From assembly GCF_002113885.1 (NCBI RefSeq), contig NW_018407435.1, forward strand, positions 1,382,958 through 1,446,957: a stretch of 64,000 nt of DNA. Direction: 5' to 3'. Shown piece after piece: positions 52,482 through 63,645 of this stretch. Each line of letters begins with the position of its first letter. Position 1 is the first letter of the stretch. The notes beneath the pieces were generated by a model. The model saw nothing but the letters and a program-made list of their open reading frames with translations. It was not told the origin of the DNA and did not search any database. The DNA is from Mizuhopecten yessoensis. Lineage: Eukaryota. The position numbers and the translations under genes are program-made.

Positions 52482-52610
52482 CACTCGTGTTCATGTTATA
52501 TTGAATTTATTGAACTCGTATATTAATTTCATATGAAACTCGCCAAAGGCTCGTTTCATATGAAATTAATATACTCGTTCAATAAATTCAATATAACATG
52601 AACACGAGTG
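52482..52610. repeat. Long hairpin/cruciform: 63-bp arms, AAA loop and two 2x2 TC/TC internal mismatches
   Basis: Arms were paired by hand around the centre at 52546. The only mismatches are where CTCG occurs in the same orientation in both arms. Confidence 0.92.
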
Positions 52611-54007
52611 CTAGATCCTCTATATATTTTACCTAAACACCGGAATTAGCAGTTATATGACATACCTTTACAGTAGAAATCTAGACCGTTTTTTGGTGTC
52701 TAAATGAATAATGTTCACGTTTAATAGGCTGATAATCTATTCATTTTAATTTTAGTAAGTTAAATCCTGAATAAAGACGAAGATGTAAGCATTATTTTTC
52801 TAGTCCAGGTATATGCAATAAAGCAGGTTACAAAATCATCAATTAACAATATATATAATGTAATGCAAGAAAACCTAATTGGGGATTTCCACTAAACACG
52901 AAGTAGGATTTCTCTACTTTCTAATTTCATATTATTACTGCTATTTTCATTTCGAGGGAAATCCACATTTGTAATTGCCCTAATAATATCTTTCAGAAGA
53001 TGACTACTAGATTTCACGTAGTCATTTTCGCTACGAAATGATAATATAATGTTTTTGCCAGTTTCATGTCTTCGTTATAAATATGAGATAGATTAGCCGT
53101 TCTACTTTCGTTTTAAGTTAACATACCACAACGTATGATTATGTGCAGAAAAATCAGTTTTTATGCTGAAATAAACACCAATTTCTCTTACACACATAAT
53201 ATCCCAGTCATACATCTATCTATGATAGCTACATGTACTAACATTTCATGTAATTTCAAAATATTTCAGAATACATTGGTATGCTAAATACCTGAAAGCA
53301 TTATCATATATATGTACATACATAACACACACAAAGATGTCTGACATGAAGTGTGTAATTCAGTCAGTATATTTGTTGAATGTGAACACGATCAATCAAA
53401 TCTTACCTGATAGCATTAAGTATTCCTTTTCAAGAAACAGAGCTGAGTATACATACAAGCGTGACTTTGACCCTGGACTTTGTCATACTGCTACGGTGTA
53501 AACAACGACTGATACGCCCCTTCTCGACTGATACGCCCCTGCACGACTGTTGATAATGACATAATACATGCTATCGATTCTCGGAACTGCTAACAACGGG
53601 CATACGGAAGCGGGGTGGTAACATAGCCCTAACGGAGACACGTGGTTTAATCTTTGTTTAACTTCTCTAGAATTCTCCTTCTTATCATTCTTATTATTTT
53701 TATGTTATTACTGTAGTTTACTTTTGCCATTGAAGAAGGCCAGGATGTCGAAATATTCGGAACTAGGGCGACATTTATTATATTTTTATCATTTTGCCCA
53801 TCGGAAATCATCTGTTGTTTATTATGTAAATTGATTCAATTCACTTTATAAAAATGTCTGTAGTTGATTGATATTAATTAATATTATAAGAAGTTGAGAT
53901 GTTTGCGCATTTATGACATATTTTCCAAACCGAAGTAATTAAAAAAAACTTTTAGGTAAAAAAGCAATTAAAATTCTATCACGTGCCTACAATGTCATAC
54001 ATAAAAT

Positions 54008-54404
54008 ACATATGCAAGACCACACACATGTGTTTTTTCTAGCGAATCAGAAAGCACGAGTTTATTGCGCGAACGAATATATTCACGAGTGCACGGATAC
54101 GTCCGCGCAATAAATGAGTGCTTTCTGATTCGTTAGAAAAACACAAGTGTGTAGTCTTGCTTTTATCACATACCTTCCGTATTTGGTAGAGATCGATACA
54201 AAGATTTTATAAACTTTGATATTTTTTTGCAAATACCAGGAACTTTTTAGTTTGCCATGACAAGGGAATTCCCATAAAAAGGTAGTTCCGGCTAGTAGGT
54301 AAATACAACATTCCGTATTGCACATGTGCAATACAGAACGTTGAATTTCATAGTCTGAAAATTGCATGTATTACTATAACAAGATTCAACAGGTATGTGA
54401 TAAA
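54008..54404 (-). mobile_element. Non-autonomous element with an IR-flanked core and an external hairpin, copy B
   Basis: Perfect 14-bp inverted pair TTTATCACATACCT (54162-54175) and AGGTATGTGATAAA (54391-54404), with a hairpin at 54014-54160. Reverse complement of 31377-31765. Confidence 0.78.
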
Positions 54405-54983
54405 TTTCGTGTAATATGTTTAGAGTATTACCTCATGCAAAAACATACATTGTGACGTAACCATTTGACTTCATAACATTCCGTTGTGTTGTTAAAAGAC
54501 AAAATATTAAAAAAAAGTCATAAGTCAAAATAGCGAATTTGCAAACTTCGCAATGACCAGAAAATACTTTTTCACGAACACATACATGCATTCTGGGTAG
54601 TCGAATATGAAAGGAACTTTTATCATTTTTCATTTTATGAGAATTTCTGACATGTATCCTTAAATGAGAAAATCAGAACTCATAATCTCAAAACTCTTTT
54701 GATATATAGTGCTGTAAATGTAATCATTCTCGCCAGGTCGAATTTTCGTGGCGTTCGCGGTAATACTTTTCTCGCGAAAATTACAACTCAAGTATTGCTA
54801 GTGAACTAACCCATTCTTACCATTGGACTTTGTACCAGGACCCGAAATCCGCTAGATGCTGTGGGACAGTAACAGCAGTAAAATATAGTAAAGTCTGAGA
54901 AAGTGAAACACAGGTAAATATCAGGTATTCACAGGTGAAACGCAGGTTTTATGAAACAGTATATAATTAACTTCCGATTGTCT

Positions 54984-55277
54984 GTTCACCATCGTGACTC
55001 TAACCGGAAATCAGACCCTGGATTATAATACAATTTTAATTAGTATAGAGTACGGACAAGAATATCCGGAAGTTTATTTTTGTATATCAAAATGTGAATT
55101 TATACTTATTTGTTAATATATATGTAAGACGAATACTGATAATTGATAGAAAATTTGAACAGTATGTACATTATTTAAAGGCGATTATAGACGCCCATGT
55201 ACATTGTATGTATATTTATATATATGTTTATGTCATAAAACTTTGAAAATATAATAAAAAAATAAAAAATAAAAAAA
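54984..55277 (+). mobile_element. Short poly(A)-tailed retroposed insertion (probably a LINE 3' end) with a 15-bp TSD
   Basis: AACTTCCGATTGTCT at 54969-54983 and 55278-55292 flanks ~294 bp ending in (AATAAAAA)n. Confidence 0.8.
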
Positions 55278-55969
55278 AACTTCCGATTGTCTTATAAACA
55301 ACACCTGCCTATTGTTGGTTAATATGTTGGCACTCAGAGAACATCCCTATTCAGGATAACTGCGAAAATTGGAGATCGCAAAAATAAGGTTCACATTTTC
55401 GTGTCTCATTTTAATACATACAATCGTAACTGTTAAACATCCGGATAAACAAAACTGCATTTTTGATCACATCCTCTTACAATTTCTAATACACAACACC
55501 TATCCTATTTTAAATGCATGTTAAATGCAATGTTCTTAAAACACATGTTCGTATCTTATTCTAATACATATGTTCGTATCTTATAAACACTTCAATTATA
55601 ACCACAAGAGCAATTTAATCATCTTAATTTAAAAAACGTTCAACTTTATAAACTCCACAAAAATCATCAGTGTTTATTGTAATTTGGAGACTGCACGAGG
55701 TGTCTGTAAGTATTCTAACCGAACGCCTCCATCTCGGATTCTACATTCGTCCTTATTGTTTATTACACTTACATGCACTAGAGTTTAGTCATGACATATA
55801 TAAAAATAAAATAAAAAAAGGACCTGTCCGAAACCTAATCGTCCTCTATGATACTACAGTGTATAGATGCCAATCAGGCTCCGGACTGGCCTTTTTTAAA
55901 TTCTTTTTATTTATTTTGGTAAAACTCAAACGTCTATTTTACAACATATCGAAGAATAGCCTGTTCAAA

Positions 55970-57535
55970 TCACGCACTAAGGTACTGTAGACGTTTGACT
56001 ACGTCACCGAACACCGCCCATAAGACATGGTTTTTGTTCAGACAGATTGCCTGGGTATTCCGCTCGTCCGTGAACACCGTCCTGATGAACTCCCCAACAG
56101 AACTGACGAGAAGGACACTGTGATTGTTACAGTCAGCAATGAGAAGGTTCCCAACATTGTCAAAGGTCACATCCCAAGGATCAAATTCAGCTTTTGATTC
56201 CGGTTGGTATTCCAGCATGTCTCCTTTAAATCGGAACAACTCTTCGAAGTTTTTGTCAATGACAATAACTTGCATTTCTATATTCTCTTCATGGCTCTGC
56301 CTTTCAACCACAGCAACGTTCTGTGTCAGCCGACATTCTGCTATTTTCTGTGGCAAACGAACCAATGATTGCCGAGGCTTTGACGTTTTCGTGCTCATGA
56401 GCGGTTTACCATGTTGTGAGAATCTGACCACTTTTTCTGACATCCCCACCAAGATATGATTCTCTATGGTAACACACAGACATAGAGGCTTGCTATTGCA
56501 GTAGAAGCTGACACTTGGCGCCCACTGTGTACACTCCATGATGCTTGAATCGGCGTCAGAGCACACCCAAATGTTCCTTGTTCTGGGTGATATGCTGATA
56601 TCTGTGATTCTCACGGTGAACTTGAACTGCCTCCGAACCGTACCTTTTTTGTTCAACAGCTCGAGAACGTCCCAGTATGAAATCCAAATTTCGTCATTGT
56701 CAACTGGACATATCCTATTGCCAATTCTTTTTGTATAAAGTTTACCAAGAGTGACGGTTTGGGGCAGAAGCTTGTACTTCACGACCGATCTTCTGGTAGT
56801 TCTCGCTTTTGACATCGATCGTTCCGATGTTGACGCCTGGGTAGATGGCTGAAGCTGTACTGTCGACTCTGTCTGACCATCAGATCGGTCATTTGTGACC
56901 AACGTTCCTAATGCTTGCTCCAGGTAACAGCGATAGTGTGAAGGTGGTTCAAATGAAGTGGTATTCAAATTTGGGTAATCGGGTAATTCCAGAGGGAAAC
57001 TTTCGAACACATGCTCAGCGTCATATAGTTCAATATCAGACGCCTCTTGAAGCTGTGTCTTGCATTCGTGTATCTCTTTATCGAGTCCTTTGTGGCTGTC
57101 TTTCAGACATTGCTTGTAGTCGGTGAGTAGCCGGATGTTATCCTCTCTCCGTTTTTGACAATGTGACACAGATTCGGCGATCATACCGTCAATTTCCTGT
57201 TTTAGTTCCTCCCCATGTTCTTGAACTGTTGTTCCTAGCTTATCAAAGTACTCCGAAGTATTCTCTATTTGCTGTTCAATTGCCCCTATCTTTTCTGTAA
57301 TGTTTTGCAGTTTATTATTTTCAAGTTCGTCGATAAACTTGACCATTTTTGATTTCTTTTGGTTTACGATATCACCAAGTTCGGTCAACGCATGCGCCCT
57401 ATGTCGAGTAGCAACACATTTCATACAGGCGAGTTCGCTGCAATTTTCACAAACGAATTCTAAGTTATTGCCTGTATGATACATGCACGTGATCTGTCCT
57501 TTCTTGCGAGCAGCAGTTTGACCTGCAGTAGCCAT
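55970..57535 (-). CDS. RING-less TRIM-like protein (B-box2, coiled coil, NHL-type propeller), copy 2, 521 aa
   Basis: CMYH...FVCENCSELACMKCVATRHRAH B-box and the same NHL repeat. Paralogue of 47185-48744. A probable 5' UTR intron has its acceptor near 57558 and donor near 58200. Confidence 0.92.
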   Translation of the reverse strand: MATAGQTAARKKGQITCMYHTGNNLEFVCENCSELACMKCVATRHRAHALTELGDIVNQKKSKMVKFIDELENNKLQNITEKIGAIEQQIENTSEYFDKLGTTVQEHGEELKQEIDGMIAESVSHCQKRREDNIRLLTDYKQCLKDSHKGLDKEIHECKTQLQEASDIELYDAEHVFESFPLELPDYPNLNTTSFEPPSHYRCYLEQALGTLVTNDRSDGQTESTVQLQPSTQASTSERSMSKARTTRRSVVKYKLLPQTVTLGKLYTKRIGNRICPVDNDEIWISYWDVLELLNKKGTVRRQFKFTVRITDISISPRTRNIWVCSDADSSIMECTQWAPSVSFYCNSKPLCLCVTIENHILVGMSEKVVRFSQHGKPLMSTKTSKPRQSLVRLPQKIAECRLTQNVAVVERQSHEENIEMQVIVIDKNFEELFRFKGDMLEYQPESKAEFDPWDVTFDNVGNLLIADCNNHSVLLVSSVGEFIRTVFTDERNTQAICLNKNHVLWAVFGDVVKRLQYLSA

Positions 57536-60500
57536 GATCGATTTGAAAAGATTTCCGCTGAAAAAAACAACAACAATATTTTGGTAACTGCACAGCCAAT
57601 TCGAATAAGATTATCAGATTATTTCATGCCCCGGGTTGTAGGATAAGGACATTCAACTCAAGAGGTTTTCGAATTGGGTAAAACACTTTTTTTTTCTCAT
57701 TCCAATCATCTGAATTAGTTCACAAACCATAAGAATATTAACGCATTTTGTTCATGGACACCCCTTGCATATGATAAAACATATATTTATAGACTTCATT
57801 TGGTTTCAACACAAACGATTGAAAAACAAAGATAACGCTATAAAATGACTGTTGTTACATCATATGAGTGCAGATATGCTTCGGACAAGATAACGTTGTT
57901 GACAGAGTAAACAGATCATACCCATACGAGCATTGTTTGTTTACATAGTGTTTTACGTCCTTGCTATTGTCAAAGTCATTTAAAGGGCAGATTGACCTGA
58001 TATGTATATTACATAAAACATTGATTGTGGGTTTTTCATCGAGGAAATTCAACCTCAGGTATTCAGCTATATATAAAGAGAAGATATACAGTTAAACAAA
58101 GAACGTTCTTGACCTACAAATGAAAATTAGATTCTCAAAAGAACATTAGCTGTCCCAATACATTTCCGGTAGAATATGATGCGAAAGAAACACGACTTAC
58201 CAGGTGAAGTTCTTGCTTCTTTACTGCTATATCACGTGACTTTGTACAACGCTTACTTCCGTTAAGAACCTAAACGTTCTCGACCAATCCCTTTGTCAGG
58301 TTACAACAAGTACATATAAATAAAGCCTTTATTATAAGGATGGACCCCAGCCACGTGTACTATGTAGGATAGTCTATGCCTCGCATCCTATAATGATGTT
58401 ATTACTATATCTTTATTGTTTATCAAATTGCTCTAAATACAACATAGAATGCAAACTTGTATTACAGTATATTTTATCCCGGCAACCCTGGGTGGGACTG
58501 GATGGGCCGATCCACCACGCTTCGACCACATTCTACTTCGACGAGCCATCCGGAACACGATTTCTTCAAGATTTTTTTTTTTTTTGTAAATGATATTGAT
58601 ATATGCATCAAATGCTCATACAACAAACAGATATCTATGTGATTGGAAAATATTGATACCCGACAGTAATATTTTATATTGCTATTCAAAATGAAAAGTG
58701 CCAGATAGGCTGGTCCGGTAATATAAAGACCAATTGGCCAATATGACCTGCGTGCAAAAAGGAATAACCCTGCTTGTACGAGAATACCTTACCAAATAAT
58801 CGCGATAAAAACATTGCAGATGTCAGAAATCTATAAATATCATGGAAATCGCGATATTCGGAGCTAAACTGCATTACTGCATACCGGGAAATTGTCGATG
58901 TAAATTATCTGTTGCCTTTCCGCCCTCCGTATTGATGGCGAATTTATTAATACTGTGAATTTAAGTTAGCAACATAGTAACTCAATATGAAGGGAGGAAT
59001 TAACACTGGGTGAAAATTGGTTTCATGGGCGAAGGGCGAAAGTTTTACTGGGCGAAAATATCTCGGTATACAGCATGTAAAACTGGAACGGATATAATTC
59101 TTCGTTTCTTCTTAACATCGTATGCTGATTATAAAGCGTTCTTTTGTGATCTGATGATCTTGTCTTGGGCCTGATCGGGACCTCACCTAACATCGGCGAG
59201 TGTCGGCCCAATATTCGCATGTATCCTGAAATATCAGTTTCGGCAACCCTAACTTTGAATCGGTTCTGGTACAAGTGTCAACATCTACGCACATGCTTTT
59301 CGGACAGCAAGCCATGTACAGGTTGAATTTATAAAAAGATTTTGAAACGCTTATTGTCATTAAATCTGACGCATCACTCATACAGAGAATGTGATTGGTT
59401 GATGTATGCTAGGTATACACGCTGTAACAACCTGTAACAAGTAAATTAAAAACTTATAGTGATAAATGAAAACGTGGCGTCAAATAGCACAGCGACATTG
59501 GAATACTGTTTCGTGTCTTTGGAAATGTTCAAGGACATGTCAGCTATATACAGGCGGAAGGTCCATCGGTAACGAATATAACACTACTTTTAAGGGCTTC
59601 ACCGGGGGTTGATATTAAGGACCCCTTACCACTGCCAAAAACAGTAACTATGCATCGGAAACTGATTTTTCTGGGCTGACTATGGCTTTGGAAAATCACT
59701 TCTAAAACGATACATTGCGGGATTTTATGAACAAAACAGCAGAGATGAAACGAAACAAAAACAGTGTTCTGAGAATAAAACTTCAGCGTGGCGTGACTAG
59801 ATTGGGGTTGGACCCAAAATAGTCATACTGTCAGATTCAGATAATTGGTCAACAGATGTGCCCTTGCCCAATTGCGCTACTGTTATATATCCAAAACGGA
59901 AGGAAGGGGAAGACAAGCTATTGTAGATACGAACAACCACAATGGTGGTATCAAGCGTTTCTTCTTAAGGCATCTTTACTGCTTCTTTGTCAGTAGTATA
60001 TCATGTTCACGTCTGTTTATATTCAATGTACAATAAGCCAACGTCACTGACGTTGCTATCGACTTCTTAGTCAGAAATGTATGCGAAATATATATCAGAG
60101 ATCTAATATGCATGTTTCATTCCCTGAAATTATTTGTGTTCTTCTAGGCGTTGATTAATTGTAAAGATCATTAGAAAATAAACTCCTTCAGATACCGCAA
60201 TAAAAACATAAATAACCAAATGATTTCTTTGATAATTTAATATACGTTAAAATTTGTGGGGAAAAAAAGCACATTCAGCTTGAAGCTATCACATCAGACA
60301 TTGCTTTACAGGGATATATCATTTATGTTTGACATGCTATAGAATGATTAGATGACTCGGTTCTGTACAGTGGGCTGTTCACTGGAAGTGGAGGCAATGC
60401 AAATGATCGACCCATGGCGCATGTCACTTTGACCCCGTCCTGGTATCAACACCAATATAGATATCGGTCGTTGTAAAAGTTATCTGTTCAGGATATTGTC

Positions 60501-62088
60501 ACTATAATGATTACATTTCATTATATTTACATTTGCTCTTCATCCTTCCATTGCAATGCATTGAGAAGGCAACTGTTATTATGAGACTTTAACAGCATTT
60601 GCTCTTCTAACGTCATCAATCTCTATTGTGACGTCATCAATTTCATTGTTGTCAAGACTTAATTTGCTGTTTAAAGAACAGTTCGAAACAACTGAATAAA
60701 GCGTAACTATTGTATCATAAAGTAAATATAAATAATGAATATTTTAGGAAATAATGTTAAAGTCCTATTTTAGACCCGGGCTTTATTAAGTTTGTCATCA
60801 ATAGCAATGTGTGTTATAGGGTCAAACAACATTTGCTAAAACATACATGGCTTAAATTTGACATGTGAGATAAGATAATATATATATATATATATATACA
60901 TGATTACAAAATATGTATCAATCCATACATTAAAACAGATTATGAAGTTTTTAATTACAATTTGTTATTATTCACATAACAAAAAACTCAAATAAACACA
61001 GTTATGACTACATGTTGCTAAACAGAGTAAACATATTCAGCGTTAAGCTTTTGCACCAAAATTGGAAGCAGCTTATAACTATATGCTGACAGGAAAATAA
61101 TTCATTTTAGAATTGGTAGGTAGGTAACACCAAACATCCGACACATTTTATATCGGTCTTAAACAGCATAGATATATAAGGTATGACATAATCGAAGAGT
61201 ATTCACGTTCTTTAAGTTAAAAATTACAGCAATGATCAAATCGTTGTAAAAATTGAATAAAAAATGATCAAATCGTTATAAAAATTGTCCGAACATGGAT
61301 CAACAGAAGTTGTATGATTACGCTTCGTGGATTCATACTGTTTTCCTTGTCCAATACTCCCTATCAATGTATATGTACACTCAGAACAATATGACCCATG
61401 AAACGTTACACGTCAAATTCCAAACAATGAACATAGGAATGAATTCGAAAATTTGTGATATGGCAACTGGAAGTCATAGATTAGCATAACTCCATGAAGT
61501 GGGGTTTTTCTGATGATGTTCGAACTAATTTGAGATGATAGAGCAAAAATGAAGTTTTATGATTTCGCTATTTATAAGAATGCTCAGAGTCTTCAAAGAT
61601 TGTGGTAAACTTAACCAAACAATTGGGTGAAAATAAAGGACTAGTTGTCCGAAAAAAAATGAAATACCACAAGTACGACAGATATCTTAAAGATGCTCTA
61701 TATTGCAACGTTAAGAACCTTTTCCTTACTGCTCTATTAATATATCTTACCTCTGTTCCACATATTCTTTATTGACATGCCACACGTGGTGTGTCCTACA
61801 AGTTATGTCCTTTTTGTTTGTTTTTGAAACAAAATTCATATTTGTTTTTGTTCGTACGCAGTTTAACGTCTGCGCAACATCTTTAGTCATATAAAGATGG
61901 AACTGAATCTAAAACGTTTACAGCGGTTTTTTGGCAATCGGTACCTGCGATACCCGTTACTAAAACTACAGAATGACTTTTAAGTTAAACAGCGCACATA
62001 TAGTTAGTTCTTTTCATTTTGTATAACAGTATAACTATGCAGACCAAACACCTGAACAATTGTCGGAGAGGCAATATGCGAATCACAA

Positions 62089-63645
62089 TCACGCACTATA
62101 GTACTGTAGACGTTTGACTACGTCACCAAACACCGCCCATAGGACATGGTTTTTGTTCAGACAGATTGCCTGTGTACTCCGCTCGTCCGTGAACACCGTC
62201 CTGATGAACTCCCCAACAGAACTGACGAGAAGGACACTGTGATTGTTACAGTCAGCAATGAGAAGATTTCCAGCATTGTCAAAGGTCACATCCCAGGGGT
62301 CAAATACAGCCCCTGCTGCTTGTTGACCATCTCCTCTGTACCGGAACAACTCTCCAAACTCTTTGTCCATGACAAGAACTTGCGATTTACAATTCGCGTC
62401 ATAGCTCTGCCTTTCAACCACAGCCACGTTCTGTGTCAGCCGACATTCTGCTATTTTCTGTGGCAAACGAACCAATGATCGTCCCGACGACTGCGTTTGT
62501 GTGCGGAGGAGAGATTTTCCTTGCTGGGAGAATTTGGTCACCCTTTGCGACATCCCCACCAATATTTGATTCCCTATGGTAACACACAGGCATATGGGCT
62601 TGTTCTTGCAGTGGAAACGCAGACTGGGTGCCCCCTGTGTACACTCCATGATGCTTGAATCGGCGTCAGAGCACACCCAAATGTTCCTTGTTCTGGGTGA
62701 TATGCTGATATCTGTGATTCTCACGGTGAACTTGAACTGCCTCCTCATCACACCTTTCTTGTTTAACAGCTCGAGAACGTCAGAGTAGGAAATCCAAATT
62801 TCGTCACTGCCGGTGGGACATATCTTATTGCCTATTCGATTCGTCTGAAATTTCCCCATGATACTGGTTTGGGGTAGGAACGTGTACGTCACGGCCGGTC
62901 TATTTAAAGCTGTCGCCCCCGACACTGGCGTTGCAGTTGTTGACTCTCTCTTCGGTGACGGTAGCTGCGGGATTGACTCTCTTTGACATTCCGACAGGGC
63001 ATTCGTTGTGATGGTCCCTAACGCTTGTTCTAGGTAACAGCGATAGTGTGTCGGTGCTTCAAAGACTGCGGTATGTAAATTAGGGATATCGGGTAAGTTC
63101 AAAGCTATGGTTCGGAATGCATGTCCGGCGTCATGAAGTTCAATAACAGACGCGTCTTGAAGCTGTGTCTTGCATTCGTGTAGCTGTTCTTTGAGTCCTT
63201 CGTGACCGTCTTCAAGACATTGCTTGTAGTCGGTGAGTAGCCGGATGTTGTCTTCCTTCAGTTTTTGATAGAGAGACAAAGATTCGGCGATCATAACGTC
63301 AATTTCGTGCTTCATTTTGACCCCTTGTTCTTGAACCTTTGCTCCAAGCGTATCGAAGTACTCAGAGGTACTCTCTATTTGTTTATCTACCGAACAAATG
63401 TTTTCTTTGATATTTGGCAGTTTGTTATTTTCAACTTCGTCAATAAAACTGATCATTATTATTTTCTGCTGTTCGGCTATATCATCCAGCTCAGTTAACT
63501 CATGGCCTCTGTGGCAAGAAGCAACACATTTTTTACACGCGAGTTCATTGCACTTTTCACATAAGAATTCTACAGTCTTCCCATTATGATGAACGCACGA
63601 ACTTTGTCCTTTTTTGCGAACGGCTGATTGAACTGCAGCAGCCAT
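62089..63645 (-). CDS. RING-less TRIM-like protein (B-box2, coiled coil, NHL-type propeller), copy 3, 518 aa
   Basis: CVHH...FLCEKCNELACKKCVASCHRGH B-box and the NHL repeat. Paralogue of the other two copies. Confidence 0.92.
   Translation of the reverse strand: MAAAVQSAVRKKGQSSCVHHNGKTVEFLCEKCNELACKKCVASCHRGHELTELDDIAEQQKIIMISFIDEVENNKLPNIKENICSVDKQIESTSEYFDTLGAKVQEQGVKMKHEIDVMIAESLSLYQKLKEDNIRLLTDYKQCLEDGHEGLKEQLHECKTQLQDASVIELHDAGHAFRTIALNLPDIPNLHTAVFEAPTHYRCYLEQALGTITTNALSECQRESIPQLPSPKRESTTATPVSGATALNRPAVTYTFLPQTSIMGKFQTNRIGNKICPTGSDEIWISYSDVLELLNKKGVMRRQFKFTVRITDISISPRTRNIWVCSDADSSIMECTQGAPSLRFHCKNKPICLCVTIGNQILVGMSQRVTKFSQQGKSLLRTQTQSSGRSLVRLPQKIAECRLTQNVAVVERQSYDANCKSQVLVMDKEFGELFRYRGDGQQAAGAVFDPWDVTFDNAGNLLIADCNNHSVLLVSSVGEFIRTVFTDERSTQAICLNKNHVLWAVFGDVVKRLQYYSA

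Larger units (their letters stand above)
50448..52623 (+). mobile_element. Apparently autonomous Crypton-type tyrosine-recombinase DNA transposon with a 13-bp inverted repeat pair and an external long hairpin
   Basis: TTTATTATATAAT (50448-50460) and ATTATATAATAAA (52459-52471) flank the recombinase ORF. A palindrome at 52482-52610 follows directly. Exact element ends are inferred. Confidence 0.75.

Noticed and set aside
47185-63645. Integron-like cassette array of TRIM-like genes
   Set aside because: No repeated att-like hairpin was found flanking each gene. Only one recombinase-linked hairpin and one non-autonomous element lie in the array.
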